A DNA stretch of 64,000 bases from Geosiphon pyriformis uo1 (lineage: Eukaryota > Fungi > Glomeromycota): positions 254,757 to 318,756 of the forward strand of contig JAAOMT010000134.1 of NCBI GenBank assembly GCA_016748015.1. The letters are read 5' to 3'. Shown piece after piece: positions 13,401 to 24,802 of this stretch. The notes below the pieces were generated by a model. It was not told where the DNA came from. It worked only from the letters and a program-made list of their open reading frames with translations, and ran no database searches. Positions within the stretch are counted from its first letter, which is position 1; every line of letters starts with the position of its first letter. Position numbers and translations under genes: made by a program.

Positions 13401-16400
13401 ATACTTTACTAATACCAGGCCAGAACCATCTTATATTTCACTCAGGTGTAAAGACTGCAAGAAAAAATTGTCTTTCATGGAAGCTTGGATTGCATCAGAT
13501 GAAGATTACTGAACACAAACCCACTATTACTGCAAGCCATATTACTAAAAATGGTATGGCTATCCAAAATGACAAGGCAAGTGGGATAACAAACCATGTC
13601 TCACTTGTAGAAAACAATTGCTCAATGAAGGAATGTGGAATGACATTCCTGGTCAAGAAGGAATATGCGACACTTTGTGCCAATATACAATCTTTATAAG
13701 TGACTGGATTAGTCATGGCACTTCCATTACTACAGCTTGGCACTGAGCAATAACCTGTCTGAACAGTTACCCACATGACAAGAATAAGATCTGGCAGATG
13801 GCAAATGCCAAAGTCAAAGAAGCCACACCTAGTAAAATATTAGAAATCAAAAATAACTCTTCAAAACCAGTAGACATTGTCTTTATCCTAAATCCAGATG
13901 TGTTTTTCAACATAGAAACAGGCCCAGAAGAGTTTCATAAGCACTATCAGAACTTGGCACCAACAAAAAAAGAGCAAAAACAATGTTTGGAAGAAATAAA
14001 CACAAGACTATGTGATTACTGTCTGATCTCATATGACTTTTAATATTGTAATAAGTGTAACTTCATTTACAATCCACTATTATGCATAATCTACATGATT
14101 CCAGAAGAAGATAAACCACTTAGCAGCTGCACATCAGAATTGGAATCAACCTTTAATTCCAATTCAAACTCCAACAATGATGACAATAAAAACAACAGTT
14201 CCAGCTCCACCCAATATGACAATAAAAATTACAATAATTTAAACTCTGATTTAAATCCCAAACAATACATTGCACTTCCTGACCTCTCCAAGAAGCAGGA
14301 ACTAAAATGGTTTAGTGACAATGATGAAGATAATATGCCAGAATGTGTGCATGATACCAATGCAGGATTTAATTTGAGATATCCAAAAAAAAATGCCATC
14401 AAATTGGAACCCCATTCGTGCACCTGTATTGATCTCAAAATAGCACTGGAAATTCTAGCAACAACAATAGTTCAGTTAGCATCTAGAAGTAGTTTAGCAG
14501 AAAAGGGAATCAACATCAAAGGAGGAATAATTAACACAGGATATGTAGAAAATATCATTGCTATGCTACAAAATGATTCAGAAAAGACCTATATTATAGA
14601 GCCAAATGAAAAAATAGCACAGGCAATATTCCTGCCTCTGGTTAAAGTAGCTCAGTTAGTATCAATAGAAAACAGGAAGGAGTTAGAGATAACAGCAAGA
14701 GGGATACAAGAATTCAGATCAACAGATAGAATAGATGTACCAGTCAATATGGCAGAAAAAGAGATTATTAACAAGAGAGAAATTATCTTTACCTGTCAAC
14801 CAATTTCTATTCCACCATATGGCCAGTACATGGTAGTTATAGAGAGAAAAGTAAAGGATCAGGTTCAGATTTTTGAGGCAAAAGCAACACTTTGTGAATC
14901 AAAAGAAATTGGATTAGTCAATTTGCACATACTAGTTAAGAACCACAGTTACATCAAAATTTCATTTACAACAACACAAAAAATATTATCAAAATACCAG
15001 AAAAAACCACCATTGAACACTTAATCACCAAAATTGAAGACCAACTGCCAGACACCATTTCAGACTTTTCACAACTGTGTAGATATGTAGATATCACATT
15101 ACAAACAATATACAGATAAGAAGAATGTTATTTGCTCCAATTAGAACAATTGAAACAGATGAACTTAGAAAATCTAAACCCACTTTAATGAATGCAACTC
15201 AAGATGTTACTCAACAACTTTAATGACATCTTTACTAGCAAAAATGAATTTGGCAGAACCAATATAATCCAGCATCAGATCAAAACTAGAGATGCAATAC
15301 CAATTAAACAGAGAGCATACAGAGTACCATTAGCTAGCCATGAGATCATTCATCAAGAAATCAATTAGATGCTTGACAATGGGCTAATTCAGCCATCAAT
15401 GAGCTTATAGTCATCACCAGTGATACTAGTCCATAAGAAGAATAGGAAAATCCATTTTTGTGTAGATTACCAGAAATTGAATGGAGTAACCAAAAGTAAT
15501 AACTACCCAACTCCAAAAATTCAAAAACTGTTTGATGCTTTTGGAGGAAAAAAATGGTTTTTGACACTAGACTTAGACAGTGGTTATTGGCAAGTAGCCA
15601 TGAAACCAGAAGACAAGGAGAAAATGGCTTTTACAACTCGAAAAGGAAACTTTGAATTTGAAGTTATGCTATTTGGCTTTGATAAATGTTCCTGTCATAT
15701 TTCAATAGCTAATAGAAATTGTCTATACCAGACTACTATGAAAATCAGTAGTCATATACTTGAATGACACAAATGTGTTTTCAAAAACATTTGATAATTA
15801 TTTGCATCATTTCCAACAAGTATTTGAAAGACTCAGACAAGCAGAATTAAAATTAAATGCAAACAAATGCTTTTTGGGCAAAACTGAACTCAAGTTTTTG
15901 GGACATATGATGAGCAAAAATGGTATCAAAACGGATCCAGATAAGATTGAGATTGTTAAGAACTTTTCAGTACCAAATAATCTCACAGAATTAAAAGCAT
16001 TCTTAGGATTTGCTGGATACTACCACCACTTTATTAAAAACTTTTTCAAAATAGCTCAACCACTATACCAATTGCAAACAAAGAACACCAAATATAAATG
16101 TACTGAAACTTAACAAAAAGCTTTTAATACACTAAGAAAAAAGCTTATTCAAGCCTCAATACTGATCTATTCAGATTATAGCAAGCCATTCATAATCACA
16201 ACCAATGTATCTGGTTAAGCATTGGGAGCAGTATTATCTCAGAAAAGACCAGACAAATGAGAATATCTAGTAGCTTACACCAGTAGAAGCTTAAATCCAG
16301 CAGAAAAAAACTATAGAACACCAGTATTAGAACACTTAACAATCTATTGGGCAGTCATAAAATGGAAAGAATACTTGAATCAAAAGTTTAATGTGTATAC

Positions 16401-16560
16401 TAATCATAAAAGGCTGACTTCAATCCAAAAAAAAAATTTTGAAAATGATTGTTATGCTAGATAGAAAATAGAACTTTCACAATTCAATTATACAGTACAT
16501 TACAAAAAAAGAAAAAAAAATGGAAATGCTGACAGTCTGTTGCAAATAAAACAAATCTAA
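10482..16560 (+). pseudogene. C gag-PR-Cys-rich-dUTPase-RT-RNase H polyprotein
   Basis: ORF fragments: 11385 (capsid 'KFTGKENDTQMWL'), 12123 (CHYCGKQRHLRVNC), 12705 (LILDSG), 14095 (dUTPase AGFNL/SRSSLA/IAQAIF), 15420 and 15760 (RT). Gag reads into protease in the same frame. Confidence 0.92.
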
Positions 16561-16591
16561 AAACATTTCAACCCAAAAATATAACAAAAAA

Positions 16592-17966
16592 ATGAATATA
16601 CAAAAATACCAACAATTTCAACATTATATAAATACTCAATTGTTCAAGAAAAAATTATTTCAAAAGGAACAAAACAACATAAAACAGCAATCAAAATATT
16701 TTATTAATCATCAAAATATACTATACTAAAAGAACAAAAGAAATCCAAATCAACCAACCAGAGTAATTACAGAACCAGAGAAAGAGACAATATTATTCAA
16801 CATGCACTCAGATCCAACAGCAGGACATTTTTACAAAAAAGCAATCATAGAAAGAACCAGAAAAAGATACTATTGGTTATTAATATATTCAGACATCATC
16901 CAATATGTTCAAAATTGTGATGCTTGTCAAAAAAAAGGTGGAACAAAACCCAGTAAATTATTAAGACCAATCAAAGTGGGACAACCATTTGATCATCTTG
17001 GAATTGACTTAGTTGAACTATTAACAATCACCAGCAGAGGCAACAAATATATTGCAGTAGCTATGAATTATTTCACAAAATGGCCAGAAGCAAAAGCCAT
17101 TCAAAGAGCAGATGCAGAATCTGTTGCCAAATTCATTCATCAAAATTTGATCTGTTGACATAAATGTCCAAAAGAACTACTATCAGATCAAAAAACTCAC
17201 TTTGTGAATAGAACACTGACAGAATTAAGTCAAAGATTTGGGATAAAAAGACCATTATCATTATCATATTATCCACAAACAAATGGGTTAGTTGAAAAGT
17301 TTAACAGAACATTGTGTGAAACCATTGCCAAAATCAGCCAAAAAAACCAGGATAAATGAGATTTAATTATATCATCAGTATTATTTATTTATTGAACAAT
17401 AAAGCAAGACACTACACAAGTAATACTATTCGAATTAGTATATAGTAGAACAGCAACATTACCAGTTGAGATAGAAGTCAAAACATATTCAATAGAACCA
17501 ATAACAAAGAAGAATTTTTAAAGAACATTGTTGAAAAGAACATGACTTAATAGAGACACTAGAAAATACATGGTGAAGAGCAGCTAACAACATCTAAAAG
17601 TCACAAGAAAAACAAAAAAAAAGACATAATAACCAATTACTAGAGAAACCAGTTGAATTCAAGATTAAAGACAAAGTACTTCTATATCATACCAAAGCAG
17701 AAAAACAATAGAGTGGAAAATTTGACCCCAAATGAAACAGACCATTTCACATAGAAGAAATTCTTAGAAATAGAGCTTATAAATTAAAGTTGAACAACAA
17801 AATTTTAACCAAAGCAGCATATTGTGATCAACTAAAACTATATCACCATATAGCATCATCATCTACCAGTAATATTCTACAATTAGGAGTACAGAAAATA
17901 CTAGTCAAACCAGATAAGATTCCATAAGATCTAAAACCAATTATAATTATTAAACCAAACACGTAA
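16592..17966 (+). pseudogene. C integrase (HHCC, DDE core, GPF tail; no chromodomain seen)
   Basis: ORF 16802-17158 'HSDPTAGH..YYW..CDAC..LGIDL..YFTKWPEA'; later 'PQTNGLVE' and a GPF-like motif. Confidence 0.92.
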
Positions 17967-18024
17967 AATTGAACAACCAAAGAATATATAAAAACATGAT
18001 ATATGTGACCAAAAACAGCAGAAA

Positions 18025-18654
18025 ATAGAGATTACTGACAGTATTCACTCACTAGCACAATAACTCTTTCAATTGATCCAACAATAGGAAATGGAAATTA
18101 CAATCAACTAACAAACTATCAGATACACAAACACCAAAAAAAGACCATGGGATAAAATATGGAGAAAAACAGAAAACACTGTTGACAAAATAATTACAAA
18201 AGTGATATTGACAATAAAAACACAACCAAAAGTCACCTAATTTTAAGAATTAATTATAGAAACTTGGAATTAGTGGATACAACAATTTTCAAGAAACTTT
18301 TGTTACTTTCATTTAGGACAATACTTGAACATTCAGAACTTGTATATGAATAAAACAAAATGATTATTTAATACAACCATACTGCAACAACTGAAACAAT
18401 TTGTAAGAAAAAGCAATTTGACTACACAAGCAAAAGCTATTTATCAGCTACATACTGGATTCCAAAATCGATCAAAAATCTTACTCAATTCAGAAATGAA
18501 TTCCATTACCATTAACCAAATGGGAAAAATAACCAATGCCCAATTTGAAAAATTACAAAACAAGATAACACAAGTAATTTTTGAAAAAGAAGTTTAAAAA
18601 ATACTCAAAGAAAGAGAATTGGAATTAGGAGATTTCAATGAAGCTCAATATTAA
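18025..18654 (+). pseudogene. C ORF3, unknown ~210-aa protein in the env position
   Basis: Manual translation '..LNIQNLYMNKTK.LFNTTILQQLKQF..KAIYQLHTGFQN..ITINQMGK..FEKEV..AQY*'; homologous frames exist in A, D and E. Confidence 0.72.
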
Positions 18655-18668
18655 AAAAGAGAGAATAA

Positions 18669-19539
18669 TATTACTCATAGAATATAGGAAGTATATTAGC
18701 ATATAAATTAGCCAATCAGAAGTAATCATAGTAAAATGTAGAATTTCAGGATTCTTCTCAGAGAAATTGCAGGATTCCAAGAATTTTAGGATTCTCATAC
18801 AAGGAATTACAGGATTCTAAAATTTCAGGATTTCTCTCAAAAAAATTGTAGGATTCCAGGAATTCCAAGATTCCTGGTGTGAAGAATTAAGGAATTGAGG
18901 AATCTTAATTATGTATATATAGCAGTAGTGTTAGAAGTAGAAAAGACAAACCTTTCAGTTTAAATTTGATTTAAGCAACCTTTTCATTTACAAAAATATC
19001 AATAAATAATTATTCACTATTTTAATCCACTATTCACTATCAATACTTCATGTTAATAGTAATTAATACTTAACTACACTAGAACAATAGCTCTTGATCA
19101 CAGTTATTGATGAGATACTAACCATTATTGCTTTGGCTTATTTTTTATTTTTTATTTTTTATTTTTTTTATTTTATTTCTTTTCTTTGTTGTCATTTACT
19201 AATTGATTAAAGGATTAAGTACTAGAATACAAACATCATAGAGACTGGTAAAAGATCTGTGAAACAAGGGTAAAACACTTATAGATTTGAGAATAGCTTA
19301 CCAGGAGGATTACCAGTCACCATGCTAAGAAAAAAATTTGACAGAATTGCAATTCCAGGAGACTATGGAAACAATTATTGAATCTTTGTCCATTATACAA
19401 TAAACTTCACAATAAAACCTTCAGATCAACAAAATCTTTGGATCAACAACACCTTCAGATACCAATACCAAAATATCAATCAAGCACCAAGTTATGGGTT
19501 TGTTATTTGATTTAAGACTCCAAATAATCACTTGTAATA
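18669..19539 (+). repeat. 3' LTR of C
   Basis: Follows the purine tract AAAAAAGAGAGAATAA; matches 9631-10421 with extra U3 repeat units. Confidence 0.92.
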
Positions 19540-19844
19540 CTGTAATCAAGAGCTATTGTGCCAGCAGGTTAAGTAGTGGATAATAACATAGATTTGAAGA
19601 ATTAAAGAGATATTTTATTGATATAATTTTATTTCAGTTGATAGCAACTATTCTTGAAAGGAGGAGTATTTAATAATTATGATCTGCAAGTCTAATTGAC
19701 TCTAAGAGTCTAATTGACTCCTGAAAGTCTAATTTTCTCTTTGAATGTCTTTCTAACTTCTACAGCTACTCATTTTTATACATTTTTTTTGTTCTATAAG
19801 ATTGCTTCTGATTGCTTTGTTATTTTTGTTATTGCTTTATTTTT

Positions 19845-20025
19845 CTATGTTATTGCTAATTATACTATATTATAATATGTTATCTGGTATTATTATATAT
19901 TATTCTGTGTTATTCTATGTTATAATGTATTATCCTGTATTATTTTAAGTTATAACGTATTATTTTGTGTTATTCTAAGTTATAATGCATTATCCAATGT
20001 TATTGCATGCTATTCTGTATTATGT
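19845..20025. repeat. Degenerate ~13/26-bp tandem array in the U3 of LTR B
   Basis: Repeated TGTTATTCT / GTTATAATG.ATTAT units. Confidence 0.65.
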
Positions 20026-20075
20026 TACATTTTGGTCATGTTTCTTTATAATTTTGGATTAGTTTTTTTACTTAG

Positions 20076-20892
20076 TGTTACAGGTAATTATTTGGGGTCT
20101 CAAAGCAAATAACAAACCTGTAACTTGGTGCTTAATTGGTATTCTGGTGTTGATATCTGAAGATTTGATTGTTCAGAAGGTTTTGGTGTAGAGTTTTTTG
20201 TATAATAAACAGAGATTTTAATAGTTGTTTTCAGTAGTCTTCCGGAATCACAATTCTGTCAAATTTTTTTCTCAGTATGGTGGCTGGTAATCTTCTTGGT
20301 AAGCTATTTTCAAATCTATGAGTGTTTTACTAGTCTTTATGACATCTGTAACTCAGTGCTTTAATCCTTAATCAAATTAGTCAACAAAAGAAATAAAAGA
20401 AAATAAAAGAAAATAAAGAAATAAATGAAAGCAATTACAAGTTAGTATCCCATCAATAGCTATGATCAAGAGCTATTGTTCCAGTATGGTTAAGTATCAA
20501 TTACTATTAACACTTCATGTTGATAGTGAAGAGTAGATTAAGATAAAGAATAATTATTTATTGGTATTTGTGTATGAAAGGTTGCTTAGATTAAATCTAA
20601 ATTGAGAGATCTGTCTTTTCTACTTTTAACAATATCACTATATATACATAATTGAGATTTCTCAATTCCTCAATTCTTTACACCAGGAATTTTGAAATTC
20701 CTGGAATTCTGCAATTCCTTTTGAGAAGAATTCTGGAATTCTGGAATCCTGCAATTTCTTGTATGAGAATTCTGAAATTCCTAAAATTCTGCAATTCCTT
20801 TTAAGAGGAATCCTGGAATTCCACATTTACTATAACTACTTCTAATTGGCTACTTTACATGCTAATATACTTCCCATATTCTATAAGTAACA
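20076..20892 (-). repeat. 3' LTR of D
   Basis: TGTTACAGG...AAGTAACA; matches 37438-38294. Confidence 0.92.
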
Positions 20893-20906
20893 TTATTTTT
20901 TTCTTT

Positions 20907-21545
20907 TTAATATTAAGCTCTGTCAAGATCTCTCAAATCTCCTAACTTTAATTCTCTGTCTTTGAGTATTTCTTGAACTTTTTTCTTGAGAGTTACTTGG
21001 GTTATTTTGTTCTATAATTCTTCAAATTGGGTGTTGGTTATTTTTCCCATTTGGTTAACTGTAATGGAGTTCATTTCTGGATTAAGTAGGATTTCTGGTC
21101 TGTCTTAGAATCCAGTATATAGCCAATATATGGCTCTTGCTTGTGTAATCAAATTGTTTTTTCCTACAAATTGTTCTAGTTGTTGTAGTATTGTTGTATC
21201 AAATAATTGTTTTGTTTTATCTGTGTATAAGTTTTGAATATTCAAGTGTTATCCCAAGTGAAAATAACAAAAGTTTCTTGAAAATTTGTGTATCCATTAT
21301 TTCCAAGTTTTTTTGGTCAACTCTTGATATATGGCAATACTTATTAGTTCTTCTATTGCTAATTTTATTTTCAGAACCATTTTGTCAATAGTGTTTTCTG
21401 TTTTCCTTTGAATTTTATATTTGGGTATCTTTCTGGTATCTCAGTATTGAATGGTTTATTGGTTGATAGTAATTTCTATATTCTGTTGTTGAATAAATTG
21501 GAAGAGTTGTTGTGCTAGTGAGTGAATGTTGTTAGTGATTTCCAT
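20907..21545 (-). pseudogene. D ORF3
   Basis: 'MEITNNIHSLAQQLFQ..HLNIQNLYTDKTKQLFDTTILQQLEQF..RPEILLNPEMNSITVNQMGK'; internal stops are consistent with C>T at CAA/CAG/CGA codons. Confidence 0.72.
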
Positions 21546-21829
21546 TTTTTTGAAGTCTTCTGTCATGTTTACCATGTCTTTATATTCTCTTTTAATTATT
21601 CAATTTTATGTGTTTGGTTCAATGATTATGATTGGTTTTAATGGAATCTTATCTGGTTGAATTAATATTCTCTGTACTCCTAATTGTGAAATATTACTGG
21701 TGAATAATAATGCTGTATGATGATATAGTTTCAGTCAATCACTATGTGCTGTTTTGGTTAAGATTTTGTTGTTTAACCTTAATTTATAAGCTCCATTTCA
21801 AAGAATTTTTTCTATGTGAAATGGTCTAT

Positions 21830-22657
21830 TGTTATAAGTGATTACTTGAGATCTTAAGGCAAATAACAAATCTGTAACTTGGTGCTCAATTGATATAATG
21901 TTGTTAGTAATATCTGAAGGTGTGTTTATCTAAAGACTTTGGTTAAGTCCTTTGTATAATGGACAGAGATTCAGTGGTAATAGTTTTATTTATAGCTTCC
22001 CAAAACTGTAGTTTTGTCAATTTCTTTCTTAGCTTGATGGCCGGTATTCTTCTTGGTAAGCTATCCTCAATTGAGTGTCCTACCCTTATTCTTGGATTTT
22101 TTACTAGTGCTATATCTTGACATCAGTACCCTGTGTATTAATCCTCAATAGAGTTAGTAATAACAACAATTAAACAAGAAAATAAAAGAAATAACATAAA
22201 AAAATGAGTCAAGACAATATGCAAGTTAGTATTTGTCAATAGTCATGATCAAGAGCTATTGTTCTAGTGTGGTTAAGTATCAATTGCTATCAACATGAAG
22301 TGTTGATAGTGAAGAGTGGATTTGGATGGTAAATAATTTATTTATTCAATATTTGTGAATTGGAGATTTCTAACTAAAAGATTCTGTCCTTTTCTACTTT
22401 TAATACTACCACTATATATACATAATTAATGTTCTACAAGATTGCTCACATTTTCAAGCAATGTGTTATGATTTCTTGAGCAATGCTTACATTGCTGAGT
22501 GATGTGTTCTAATTTTTTAACATCGCTTCACATTGCTAAGCAATGTGCCATGTTTTCTGACATTGCTTTACATTGCTGAGCAATATGCTCACATGCTAAA
22601 TACTATTTTCTTATTGGTCTGCTATTTTCCATATCTATTTTCTTTTTATGAGTAACA
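21830..22657 (-). repeat. 3' LTR of E
   Basis: TGTTATAAG...GAGTAACA; palindromic ACATTGCT-N-AGCAATGT array at ~22440-22595. Confidence 0.92.
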
Positions 22658-22669
22658 TTATCTCCTCCT

Positions 22670-23305
22670 TTAATATTGAGCTCTATCAAAATCTTCATTT
22701 TGAATTAATTCTAATACTTCTTTTTCAAGTATTGTTTGTTCAACTCTGTTTTTCATGTCTTCTACTTGTGTATTGTTCATTTTTCCCCATTGGTTAATGG
22801 ATATGGTTTCTATGTCGGAGTGTAACAGTATTTCTGGATAGTTCTAAAATATGTTGTGCAGTTAATAAATTGTTTTCACATGTAGTGTCAAGTTTATCTT
22901 TTTCTTAATGAATTCTTCAATTTGCTGTATTATGTTTTGGTTAAATACTCTCTTGGATTTGTTGATATACAATTCCTAAATATTCAACTTTTAACTTAAT
23001 TGGTAGTAACAGTATGATATTGGAAGTTGTTCTGTCTATTGTTTCCAATTTTCTTTTGTAAGTTCTTCTGTTGGCACCATAATAGATAATTTTTCAAAAG
23101 TGTTCTTTACTTTTTCAATTATGTTATCTGACCAGTTTTTATCATTCTTTGGTGAATGCTAATATGGTGTATTCTTTGTCTTTCTTTTGGTGTTTTGATA
23201 GCAAATTGTTTGATTATTAATGATAATTTCTATATCTAACTGTTGTTGACTTAAAGCCTAAAACAATTGTTAAGCTATTATGTGAATCTGATCTAGTATT
23301 TCCAT
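22670..23305 (-). pseudogene. E ORF3 (divergent variant)
   Basis: 'MEILDQIHIIA.QLF..LNI.ELYINKSKRVFNQNIIQQIEEF..YPEILLHSDIETISINQWGK..LEKEV..DRAQY*'. Confidence 0.72.
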
Positions 23306-23365
23306 TTTTCTTGGTTGCTTTTGTCACGTATACTGTGTCTTTATATACTCTTTTATTGTTTGATT

Positions 23366-24742
23366 TTATGTGTTTGGTTTAATAATTATGATTGATTTCA
23401 GATCTCATGGAATCTTGTCTGATTAAACTAGTATTCATTGTACTTTTAATTGTGGAATTTTATTGGTGGATGATGATGCTATTTGGTAATATGGTTTCAG
23501 TCAATCACTATGTGCTGCTTTGGTCAAGATTTTGTTGTTCAATCTTAATTTATAAGCTCTATTTCCAAGAATTTTTTCAATGTGGAATGGTCTGTCCTAT
23601 TTGGGGTCAAATTTTTTACTCCATTGTTTTTCTACTTTAGTACAATGTAGAAGTACTTTGTCTCCAATCTTGAATTCAACTAGTTTGTCTGGTAGTTGGT
23701 TATCATGTCTCTCTTTTTGTTTCTCTTGTGACTTTTGGATGTTATCAACTGCTCTTCGTTACTTGTTTTCTAGAGTTTCTATCAAGTCATATGTTCTTTT
23801 TAGCAATGTTTTCTGAAAATTGTCTTTAGTTATTGGTTTTGTTGGATAAGTATTGACTTCTATCTTGACTGGTAATATTGCTGTTCTACTCTATACTAAT
23901 TCAAATGGTGTTGCTTGTGTAGTGTCTTGTTTTATTGTTCGATAAGCAAATAATACTAATGGTATAAACAAATCCCATTCATCCTGGTTTTCTTGGCTGA
24001 GTTTGGCAATTGCTTTACACAATGTTTTATTAAATCTTTCAACTAAACCATTTGTTTGTGGATGATATAATGATGATAGTGGTCTTTTAATTCCGAATCT
24101 TTGGCTCAATTCTGCTAGTGTTCTGTTCACAAAGTGAGTTCCTTGGTCTGATAATAATTTTTTTGGACATTCATGTCGACAAATCAGATCTTGATAAATG
24201 AATTTGGCAATAGATTCTGCATCCACTCTTTGAATTGCTTTTGTTTCTGGCCATTTAGTGAGATAGTCCATGGCTACTGCAATATATCTATTTCTTCTGC
24301 TGGTAATTGTTAATGATCTGACTAAGTCAATTCCAATGCAATTGAATGGTTGTCCCACTTTGATTGGTCTCAGTGGTTCACTGGGTTTTGTTTCTCCTTT
24401 TTTTTGACAAGAATCACAATTTTGAACATATTGGATGATGTCTGGATACATTGATGGCCAATAGTATTTTTTTCTGGTTCTTTCCATGATTGCTTCTTTG
24501 TGGAAATGTCCTGCTGTTGGATCTGAGTGCATGTTGAACAGTATTGTTTTTTTCTTTGGTTCTGTAACTACTCTAGTTGGTTGATCTGGATTTTGTTTAT
24601 TTTTCCGATAAAGTATGTTTTGGTGAGTGATAAAATATTTTGATTGTTGTTTAATACTATTTCGTTCTGATTGAGATAATTTCTCCTTGAACTGTTAAGT
24701 ATCTATATAATGTTTGAGTTGTTGGTATTTTTGTGTATTCAT
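23366..24742 (-). pseudogene. E integrase
   Basis: ORF 23891-24532: HHCC, 'IGIDL', 'SDQGTHF', 'YHPQTNGLVERFN'. Confidence 0.93.
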
Positions 24743-24802
24743 CTTTTATTATATTTTTGTTGGATTTGGTTTGATTTTGTTATATTTTTGGATTGAATGT
24801 TC

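Larger units (their letters stand above)
9631..19539 (+). mobile_element. Ty3/Gypsy element C, full length (~9.9 kb), decayed
   Basis: LTRs 9631-10421 and 18669-19539, PBS 10424-10440, PPT ~18653-18668, TSD CTAT/CTGT. Confidence 0.93.

Noticed and set aside
17996-17998. ATG 29 nt after the integrase stop as the ORF3 start
   Set aside because: C and D have ATG but E has ACA at this site, pointing to an ancestral ACG altered by CpG decay. The downstream 'MEI' ATG (intact in D and E) is the more likely start.
18735-18900. Regular short repeats in LTRs resembling a CRISPR array or heat-shock elements
   Set aside because: There are no unique spacers or cas genes, and the arrays are LTR U3 tandem repeats. 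GAA/TTC spacing does not fit a canonical three-unit HSE.
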